DNA from: Candidatus Aminicenantales bacterium
Lineage (GTDB): Bacteria > Acidobacteriota > Aminicenantia > Aminicenantales > Saccharicenantaceae
DNA: 64,000 nucleotides
Assembly (NCBI GenBank): GCA_049513915.1
Contig: JBEKVN010000001.1
Coordinates: 224,322-288,321 of the forward strand
Reading direction: 5' to 3'
The notes beneath the pieces were generated by a model. That model saw nothing but the letters and a program-made list of their open reading frames with translations, was not told the origin of the DNA and did not search any database. Made by a program: the position numbers and the translations under genes. Below are positions 56,402 through 64,000 of this stretch, piece by piece. How positions within the stretch are numbered: the first letter of the stretch is position 1; each line of letters starts with the position of its first letter.

Positions 56402-57970
56402 CTACTTTTTCGCGATGGCGTCCTTGATGTCCTTGACGAGCTTGTCGTACTGCTGGGTCGAGAACCCTTCATACTTCGCGGCGATGGGTTTGACGAGCTC
56501 GACCGCTTTTTCGGCGTACGTCAGGGCCTCATCATTCTTTTTCAGCTTGAAGAGGAGCTTGGCCAGCGTGTAATTATTGTAGTAGTCGGAGGTGAGCTCG
56601 ACCGACTTCCTGGCCGCTTCCAGGGCGCTTTCGAGGTTCATGCCCTCTTGATTCTTGCCCTGCCGGCTCCAGAACGACGCGTAGCTCGCGAGGATGTTCT
56701 GGTCCCCCATGTTGGCCTTGATGAAGGCCGGTCCGTATATGGCCAGGGCCTTCTCGGGCTTGTTCAGCTTGGCGTAGATTCCGGCCACGGTTTGGAGCGT
56801 GTACCACTGGGAGGCGGGGGCCATCTTGACCGCCGTGTCTGCGGCGACCTCGACGCTGTCCAGGTTTTTCCCCTGCTCGATCCAGAAATTTGCGTACCCG
56901 GTCAGGGCATAAACGGCGTTCGAAACGTAGCCGTCGATGAAATCCTTGCCGTATTCCTCGTCGGCCTTGGCCGCGTCGCCCTTGAGGATGTACAGCTGGG
57001 CCAGGTTCTGGACGTATTGGGGATTGCGCGGGTAGCCCTGGATCTCCTTGACTTTTTCGGCCAGTTCGATGCCCTTGTCGAGAGGCGCCTTCTGCTTGAC
57101 GATCCACTCGACATAAGAATTGAGGGCTGAGGCGTCCTGGGGATACTTGGCGGTATATTCTTCAAGGAATTTCTGCGCGTCGGCCTTGCCTGCGGCATCG
57201 CCAGGAGCATTGTACTGATAATACTGGGCCAGATAGGAATAGGCTTGCTTGACGAGCGGGCTCTGGGGGTACTTGGCGATGAAATTCTTAAGCGGTGCCG
57301 CGTCGGGCTTGCGGGCGTAGATGCTCTCCTGGCCGAGCTCGAACTCGGCGGCCTGGGTGTACGGGACCGTGGCCTTCATGTACTCAAAAGTGTAATTGCC
57401 CGCCTTCCCCTGGGGGTCGATGGCGATGACCTTCTGGTAGAGCTCCTTGGCCTTTTCCGGCATCGTGTAGCGGCTGGAGGTCTTCTGGGCGAGCTTGAAA
57501 ATGACCGGAACGTTCGTCGGCTCCTTGGCGTACTTCGCCGTGAGCGCCTTGTAGGTCTCCTCGCCGGTCAGGACCTTCTGGAGCTTTTCCAGGAACTTGT
57601 CGGCGGGAGGGCCGTAGCCGACGATCCAGTCGACTTCGTTGCCGTCCTTGTCGACGAAGAGCTCGGTCGGCGTGGCCTGGACGTTGAATTTCGTGTAGAT
57701 CGCGTCACCGATCTTGTCGCCGCGGCTGGCGCGGTACACGATGAAGTTGTTGTTGAGGAAATCGGCGTACTTAGGGTTGTTGTAGAACTGCTGGACCAGC
57801 AGTTTACAGGCCCCTCAGCCACTTGAGAAAAAATCGACGAGGATGAGCTTGTTTTCCTTTTTGGCCTGGGCCAGCGCCTCGTCGAACGGTCCGCTCATGA
57901 TCTTGGCGGTTTGGGCCGTGGCGAACGAGGCGATGAGCAGCAGGCCGGCGATCGCGGTCAGCTTTTTCAT
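56402..57970 (-). CDS. Putative selenoprotein: signal peptide - thioredoxin-like domain (UGAC, Sec at codon 52) - TPR repeats (522 aa)
   Basis: RBS GGAGGA, ATG 57970; LVDFFSSG-TGA(57817-57815)-GAC continues in frame into the tracked 445-aa ORF; cis-Pro-like ATPT motif; SECIS-like hairpin. Confidence 0.85.
57786..57804 (-). promoter_or_regulatory. Bacterial SECIS-like hairpin AACTGCTG-GTC-CAGCAGTT
   Basis: Starts 10 nt after the in-frame TGA; perfect 8-bp stem with GU in the loop. Confidence 0.75.
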
Positions 57971-58006
57971 TCAGTCCTCCTAAGATTGAGACGCGTCTTT
58001 CCGATT

Positions 58007-58035
58007 AACATATAGAATCCGGCGGGAAAACGCAA
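58007..58035 (-). promoter_or_regulatory. Sigma70-type promoter TTGCGT-N17-TATGTT
   Basis: Upstream of the first Sec-thioredoxin-TPR gene. Confidence 0.45.
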
Positions 58036-58087
58036 TATATCCATCCGTCCTTAAATACGTCTCGACCCGGAGAAAGGTTGCGTTCGG

Positions 58088-59647
58088 CTACTTCTTGATG
58101 TCCTCGCCCTTCTCCTTGGCCATGGCGGTTTTGATTTCCTGAACCCGGGCCTCGTAGGATTTGATGGCGAAACCGGGTCTCCGCTTGGCCGACTCCCGGG
58201 CCAAGGCCAGGGCGCGTTCGGCCGATTTGAGGGCCTCGTCGTAGTTCTTGAGCTTGAGCAGGATCTGGGCCTGGATGTCAAAATACGTGAGCTGGGGTTG
58301 ATATTCGATCAATTTCCGGACCGCATCCAGGGCGCTTTCCAGGTTTTTCCCTTGCTGGTTCCAATACCATGCATATGCGTAAAGGGTATCGCTCTTGTCC
58401 AGGTTCTTTTGAATATAATCCGGGCCGAACATCTCGAGGGCCTTGTCCGGCCTATTCAGCTTGGCGTAGATCGTGGCGGCTGTCTGGCGGAGATAAGGCG
58501 TATCGGGCTGGACCTTAACGGCGAGCTCGATGGCCTCGACGGCCTGGTCGAGGTTGGTGTCCCGGTCGTTCCAGAAACCGGCATAGCTGCTCAGAAGGTA
58601 GGAGATCTCGGATTTCTGGTCCTTGAGGAATTGCTTCCCGAAGATTTCCTCCGTTTTGGCCTTATCGTCCTTGAGCCAATACAGTTCGGCGCGGCTCCGG
58701 AGAAAGTAGGGGTCGACATACTCCGAAGGGAGGCTGGGGATCTTTCCGGCGAGCTCGAGGCCCCGGTCGAGGGGCTCCTTGTCCTTGATAATCCGCCGGA
58801 CATAGGAGTCCAGGACCCAAGGGTCGTCCGGGTAATTGGCGACATAGTCTTCAAAGAACTTTTGGGCTTGGTCTTTCGGAGCGTAGTAGCCGTAGTACGT
58901 GCTCAGCCAGGAATATCCCGTCTTGACCAGCTGGCTCTGTGGATACTTGCGGAGAAACGCCCACATCAGGTCGGGGGCTGAGCTGAGCCCCATGGCGGCT
59001 TTCCTGGCCATGATGAACTCGGCATATTCGGTGTAAGGCACCCGGACCTTGGGATAATCGACGTCGGTCAGGCCGGCCTTGCCTTCCGGGTCGAGCGCGA
59101 CGATCTGCCTGTAAAGCTCGTCGGCCTTGGCCGCGGTCGAAAATTTCTGGTCGTATTTTCTGGCCAGCTTGAAGATGACTTCGATATTTTTCGGATCCTT
59201 GGCGTAAAGGACGGACAGGGACTTGTATGTGTCGACCCCTGCGAGGGATTTTTGGATTCTCTCGAAATACACCTCGGCCGGAGGGCTGTAGCCCACGATC
59301 CAATCGATCTCATTGCCGTTCTTGTCGAGGATAAGGACGGTCGGCGTTGACTGGATTCCAAATCTGGTGAAGATGGACTCCCCGGTCAGATCGCCCCGGG
59401 TGGCCCGGTAGAGGACGAATGTCTTGCCCAGGAAATCGGCGTACTTGGCGCTTTCATAAACCTGCTGGACCAGCAGGTCGCAGCTCCCTCAGCCGCCGCG
59501 CTGGTGGAAATCGACGAGGATGGGCTTGTTTTGCTTCTTGGCCAGGGCCAGGGCCTCGTCGAAGGGCCCCTTCAGGAATGTCGGGGTCTGGGCGGAAGCC
59601 AGGGAAGCGATGAGGAGCAGTCCGGCGAGCGCCGTGAGTTTTTTCAT
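58088..59647 (-). CDS. Putative selenoprotein paralog: signal peptide - thioredoxin-like domain (UGSC, Sec at codon 53) - TPR repeats (519 aa)
   Basis: ATG 59647; ILVDFHQRGG-TGA(59491-59489)-GSC is in frame with the tracked 402-aa ORF; N-terminus is highly similar to the paralog; STPT motif. Confidence 0.85.
59460..59478 (-). promoter_or_regulatory. Bacterial SECIS-like hairpin ACCTGCTG-GTC-CAGCAGGT
   Basis: Same 10-nt spacing from TGA; compensatory A-T to C-G pair change relative to the paralog. Confidence 0.75.
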
Positions 59648-59724
59648 GCGGCCCTCCAAAAGCGGGTTCCTATTATCGGAATATACTCTGAAGTGGCGGG
59701 CGCAGGCAAGCTCGGCTTTCTCTC

Positions 59725-61698
59725 CTATTTCTCTTTCTCGAGCTCGACGAGCATGCCGTCGTCTGAGACGAACTTTAGACGATAGAGCGACCGGCCGATC
59801 GGAATATGGCTCGTTCCTTCGTGGACGGGGACCCAGTCATCGCCTTTCTTCATTTTGAGCTTGAGGAAGCCCGGGGCGGTCGTGTCTTCCTCTGTCAGGA
59901 GCCGGTCGCCGTTTAAGTCGGCGATTTCAAGCGCATATTGGGTCTTGTCGACGAAAAAGGCCCCCTCGGAGCGCACGATTGAGCCAAGGCCGAAGACTTC
60001 CGGCGCGCTTCCCGCCGGGCCCGGCTTTGCGTAGAAGCGCATGCCGAGGAAGGCGATGCCGCCGCTGGCCCAGGGGACCCGAATGTTCACCTCGACCATT
60101 TTCAGGATATCCGGCGACGGCTCCGTCAAGATGGGAATGTCATACCCCGTGCCCTTTGTTAAATCAAAATCGTGATTGGTGTCGATAACAATGTGAATCT
60201 TGCCGACGGCCGAGCTGGCATAAGCGACGAGGACGGTTCCGTTCGTGAGCAATCCGACCGTGGCGTCTTTCCGCAGGCCCTCCGGCATCTTCAACCGGCC
60301 CGACTTGACGAGATCCCAGACCTTTTGACTCCTAAAGTCGACCTTAATCGTCGGACGCGGTTCCGGGGCAGGTCCGTATTTCGCAGAGCATGGAATAAAA
60401 AGCGTGTTGTCGGGGCCATTGGGGTCATTGAAGTGGGCATCCAGAAACCGCTCCATTTTTCTATAATCTTTGGTTGCGTAACGGGCGATCCCTTGCTCGT
60501 CGATTGCGATATACATGGGGAAGCCCTCCCCATCCTCAGGCAAGCAGCCGAAAACTTGACAGACGGGATGAAGCAAACCCTTGCCCTCGATAACTTGAGG
60601 CCAGGTTAGCTGATAATCAGCCATCACCTTTTTACCAGCCTCGACTTTCTCCGCGACATCGACGTTGATTCCGACGACGGCAAATGACTTTTTCTCAAAC
60701 CTCTGAATCATCTTCTTGATATCTGGGAATTCGGCGATACAGGGTTTGCACCAAGACGCCCAGAAGTCGAGGAGAAGGACTTTGCCTTTAAAATCACTGA
60801 CGCGGAATAATTGTCCAGCCATGTCCGTCATCTGCAAATCGGGGGCCGGTTTCCCCAACGCCGCGGCGGGGAGAGCGCTCTTGACGATCTCGATCCAACT
60901 TCCGTCTTCGGCAATCCCTTTGAATTCGTATAAGTCGCCGGCAAGAGGAATCCTATTCTGGAAACGATAGAATTCTCCGCCTCCGGAGTCCATTTCGCTT
61001 TTCAATCCTATCTGGATATTAGTGTTGCTCTCCTTTTCCCTATAAAAGTGGCCGTTGGCATCTCCGTCCATAAGCCGGAGTCCGTAATCATGGTTTTTCA
61101 GGCGGAATTCACCATCATACCGATAGATCGCGACCAAAAAGATATGCTCCCTAATTTGGCCATCGCGCCCCTTATCCTCTTCATATCCGATGCGGTAGGA
61201 CAGCCATTCAACATGCGGCGCCGGTTGGCCGTACGTGCGGGCGATCTTCACGACAGTGCCCTCATCCCAATTTTTGCACACGGGAAGTTCCAGAGCCTTG
61301 TCGTCGGTTAAATCGCGGTTCGCATTGACGTCCAGCGTCAATCTGGGGGTCGGCCGACCCGGCGTTTTTTCTAAGAGACCGAAGAGGGGGCCGGAATAGC
61401 ACATAACCACTTGGGTGTTTGCCGGTAGGGGTTTGGGAAGCATGACTTTGTATTTTTCGACTGCCTTGGCCACTCTCTCCTTATCAAAATCGAAGGTTTG
61501 GCCAATCCCGATCACCACGTTATCGACCCGATGAAGATCAACGTGAATCTTTTCTTCCTGGGTTCTTGACTCCAGCTGGGAAACGTCTTTCGCGAGCTGG
61601 CCGGAGTCGGCCTGGCCCAAGGGCATTCCGGCGGAAAACGCGATGATGACCAGGATGCCCATAGCCGAAAGAAAAGCCAATCTCTTTAGCGTTATCAT
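59725..61698 (-). CDS. Secreted TlpA/redoxin family protein with a central thioredoxin domain flanked by duplicated unknown domains
   Basis: DFWASWCKPC motif; signal peptide from ATG 61698 (GGAGG); similar N- and C-terminal domains. Confidence 0.85.
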   Translation of the reverse strand: MITLKRLAFLSAMGILVIIAFSAGMPLGQADSGQLAKDVSQLESRTQEEKIHVDLHRVDNVVIGIGQTFDFDKERVAKAVEKYKVMLPKPLPANTQVVMCYSGPLFGLLEKTPGRPTPRLTLDVNANRDLTDDKALELPVCKNWDEGTVVKIARTYGQPAPHVEWLSYRIGYEEDKGRDGQIREHIFLVAIYRYDGEFRLKNHDYGLRLMDGDANGHFYREKESNTNIQIGLKSEMDSGGGEFYRFQNRIPLAGDLYEFKGIAEDGSWIEIVKSALPAAALGKPAPDLQMTDMAGQLFRVSDFKGKVLLLDFWASWCKPCIAEFPDIKKMIQRFEKKSFAVVGINVDVAEKVEAGKKVMADYQLTWPQVIEGKGLLHPVCQVFGCLPEDGEGFPMYIAIDEQGIARYATKDYRKMERFLDAHFNDPNGPDNTLFIPCSAKYGPAPEPRPTIKVDFRSQKVWDLVKSGRLKMPEGLRKDATVGLLTNGTVLVAYASSAVGKIHIVIDTNHDFDLTKGTGYDIPILTEPSPDILKMVEVNIRVPWASGGIAFLGMRFYAKPGPAGSAPEVFGLGSIVRSEGAFFVDKTQYALEIADLNGDRLLTEEDTTAPGFLKLKMKKGDDWVPVHEGTSHIPIGRSLYRLKFVSDDGMLVELEKEK

Positions 61699-61824
61699 AC
61701 GGATGACCTCCCTGGCATGAAGCGGGAAACCCATCGCCCCAGGTTAGAAGTCGCTCGAGGGCCCGCTTGTTGCCTGCCTCGCGAATCATCGGACCGAAGG
61801 CGGAGATTGTCAAGCCTTGCGGCG

Positions 61825-62835
61825 CTAATACCCGGCTTCGTCCAGACCGGCTTTACCTTTGAACACCCGGTACGCGTAGATCGTGTAGCCGATGACAAGC
61901 GGCATGCCGACCAGGGCGATGATCAACATGACCTTGAGGGTTAGGGCGCTCGACGAGGAGTTCGTGATCGTCAGGCTCAGAGCCGGATCAGTCGCCCGGA
62001 CTAGGTTCGGATAGTGGATAGCGCCGATATTCCCCCACAGGCTCAGAAAGATGAGCGAGGAGAACGCGAAGGCACGGCCGTCTTTCCGCCTTTTGAGGGC
62101 CGAGATAAGGAATCCCAGAGAAAGCCAGACGAGGGCGGCGAAAATCCAGGCCGCGATTCTTTTCAGCGCTCCGGGGAGATAAATCCAGACGGCGACGAAG
62201 GACAGCAAGTAAAAGATCCCCGTGAGCACAGTCATCTTCCGTGCCGTTCGCCTCGCTCTTTCCTGGAGCGCGCCCGACGTTTTGAGCGCGGCCCACGCGC
62301 TTCCGTGGAGGAGGAAAGCCGCCAGTCCGAGCAGGCCGAAAACGAGGGGCAGCGGCCGGAGGAGCGTGAAGAAGTTCCCGGCGTATTCCATCTGTGCGTC
62401 GATGGGAACCCCCACGACAACGTTGCCCAGGGCCACGCCGAAGAGCAGGGCGGGGAGGAGGCTCCCGATGACGAAGGCCGCTTCCCACAGCCCTTTCAGC
62501 GCCCCGTCATGCGTCCGGAACTCGAGCGACACGGCCCTCAGGATGAGAGAAAAGAGGACGAGCATCAGGGCCAGATAAAATCCGCTGAAGACCGTCGCGT
62601 AGGCATGCGGGAATGCGGCGAATAGCGCGCCGCCTCCGGTGAGAAGCCAGACCTCGTTCCCGTCCCAGACGGGACCGATAGACCTGACGAGAAACGTTTT
62701 CTCGCGCTCGTCCCTGGCCAGGAATGGGAAGAGGACACCGACGCCGAGGTCGAAGCCGTCCAGGACGGAATACCCGGCGAGGAGAACGCCCACCAGCAGA
62801 AACCACACGTTGCGAAGGAGGGCCCAGGTTTCCAT
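61825..62835 (-). CDS. cydB: Cytochrome bd ubiquinol oxidase subunit II
   Basis: LDGFDLGVG, PVWDGNEVWL and FPHAYA motifs. Confidence 0.95.
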   Translation of the reverse strand: METWALLRNVWFLLVGVLLAGYSVLDGFDLGVGVLFPFLARDEREKTFLVRSIGPVWDGNEVWLLTGGGALFAAFPHAYATVFSGFYLALMLVLFSLILRAVSLEFRTHDGALKGLWEAAFVIGSLLPALLFGVALGNVVVGVPIDAQMEYAGNFFTLLRPLPLVFGLLGLAAFLLHGSAWAALKTSGALQERARRTARKMTVLTGIFYLLSFVAVWIYLPGALKRIAAWIFAALVWLSLGFLISALKRRKDGRAFAFSSLIFLSLWGNIGAIHYPNLVRATDPALSLTITNSSSSALTLKVMLIIALVGMPLVIGYTIYAYRVFKGKAGLDEAGY

Positions 62836-64000
62836 CACAGGCCTCCTTGCGGGGCCGCCTTGGCCGGTTCGTCGAACCCTCTCCTGACCAGCTTGAGGAT
62901 GATCGAAAGGCCCGCCGCCGCGATCAGCGTGTAGATGGCCGCGAACAGGACGAGCGAGAAGAGGATATTCCCGGCGGGCACGACCTTCGACGCGGCGTCC
63001 GCCGTCCGGAGGACCCGGTAAACCGCCCAGGGCTGGCGGCCGACCTCGGCGGCGATCCAGCCGAGCTCGTTGGCGAGGTAGGGCAGGGGGATGGCCAGGA
63101 TGATCAATTTGAGATAGGCGCGGCTCTCCCCGAGCCTTTTCCGCGCGAGCAGGCCGGCGCCCCAGACGGCCATCGCGATGAACAGGAGGCCGAAGAGGAT
63201 CATCAAGTGGTAGCCGGCGAAGGGAAGGAAGACGGGCGGACGCTCATCCTTGGGAAATTCGTTCAGCCCGAGGACCCTGGTGTTCATGTCGAAGCCGACC
63301 AGGAAGCTGAGAAAGCGCGGGATCCTGACGGCGAGATGCGTCCGCTCGTTCTTCTCGTCGGGGATTCCGAAGATCGTGAACGGCGCCCCCGACTGCGTTT
63401 GCCAGAGGGCTTCGAAGGCGGCCATCTTTTCCGGCTGCGTGCGGGCGACTTGGACGGAGTGGGCGTGGCCGGAGCCGAGTTGGAGGACCGCCGTGACGGC
63501 AAAAACGATGACCGAAACCCTGAGGACGAGAGCCGCCTTTTCCCGGGATCTCCCCTTGAGCAAATGCCACGCGGCGATGCCCGCGGCCACGAGCGACCCC
63601 GTGATCCAGCCGCCGAGGATCGTGTGGACGAACCGGACGACCGTCGAAGGATTAAAGGCGGCCTGCCAGAAGTCGGTGAGCATGGCCCGCCCGGCCTCCA
63701 TGGCGTATCCGGCCGGCGTCTGCATCCAGGAGTTGGCGATAATGATCCACAGCCCGGAGAGGTGGGAGGCGAAAAAGACCAGGAAGGCCGAGAGCCAGTA
63801 CATTTTCGGGGAGACCCGCCGCCGCCCGAAAACCAGGATACCGATGAACACGGATTCCAGGAAGAACGAGAACACGCCCTCGGCGGCGAGCGGCGCGCCG
63901 AAGATGTCGCCGACCGCCCGCGAGTAGGCCGACCAGTTGTTGCCGAAGGCGAACTCGAGGGCGATGCCGGTCGCGACGCCCATAACGAAAACGACGCCCA
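62835..64000 (-). CDS. cydA: Cytochrome bd ubiquinol oxidase subunit I (5' end outside window)
   Basis: EGVFSFFLES, ANSWMQTP, QPEKMAAFE and AEVGRQPW motifs. Confidence 0.95.
   Translation of the reverse strand, partial: GVVFVMGVATGIALEFAFGNNWSAYSRAVGDIFGAPLAAEGVFSFFLESVFIGILVFGRRRVSPKMYWLSAFLVFFASHLSGLWIIIANSWMQTPAGYAMEAGRAMLTDFWQAAFNPSTVVRFVHTILGGWITGSLVAAGIAAWHLLKGRSREKAALVLRVSVIVFAVTAVLQLGSGHAHSVQVARTQPEKMAAFEALWQTQSGAPFTIFGIPDEKNERTHLAVRIPRFLSFLVGFDMNTRVLGLNEFPKDERPPVFLPFAGYHLMILFGLLFIAMAVWGAGLLARKRLGESRAYLKLIILAIPLPYLANELGWIAAEVGRQPWAVYRVLRTADAASKVVPAGNILFSLVLFAAIYTLIAAAGLSIILKLVRRGFDEPAKAAPQGGL

Noticed and set aside
57815-59491. In-frame TGAs read as nonsense mutations or as an alternative genetic code
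   Set aside because: TGA is used as a normal stop by many genes here (menC-like, xdhC, DUF1015, cydA). Both TGAs sit at the homologous Cys position with conserved hairpins, which fits Sec better.
26-64000. Many long overlapping ORFs in the track (e.g. 26-1129+, 1184-3058+, 12329-13603+, 41934-44315+, 49963-52005+, 54109-55509+)
   Set aside because: Antisense or off-frame shadows of real genes in GC-rich DNA; low-complexity Arg/Pro/Gly translations with no family motifs.

Overview
GC-rich bacterial chromosomal window with about 55 CDS. I found no rRNA, tRNA, CRISPR array or intact transposase. Gene content suggests an anaerobic or aerotolerant diderm heterotroph, possibly Aminicenantia/Acidobacteriota-like (inference only). 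Ordinary content: three serine hydrolases, a padR operon, VKOR-DsbA, pcnB, a PaoABC-like molybdoenzyme operon, a sugar-nucleotide trio, GTP-dependent PEPCK, lactate permease and cytochrome bd. Four things stand out. (1) A two-gene operon at 47.5-53.6 kb encodes a pseudo-REC/PilZ/PilZN/PilZ/LuxD-like hydrolase/SAM-methyltransferase fusion and a 6-TM histidine kinase/REC/HD-GYP fusion, followed by a frameshifted GGDEF-like relic. This is a candidate c-di-GMP-gated fatty-acyl (methyl ester) signal synthase plus sensor circuit. (2) Two tandem secreted thioredoxin-TPR paralogs that the ORF track truncates are probable selenoproteins: each has an in-frame TGA in a UxxC motif and a downstream hairpin with a compensatory base-pair change. 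(3) An ATP-citrate-lyase-like cluster (SucC-like subunit plus SucD/citryl-CoA-lyase fusion, with a fused LeuCD-type hydratase) lies divergent from PEPCK. (4) Several families of intergenic inverted-repeat or structured elements recur, and two genes appear to carry internal deletions.
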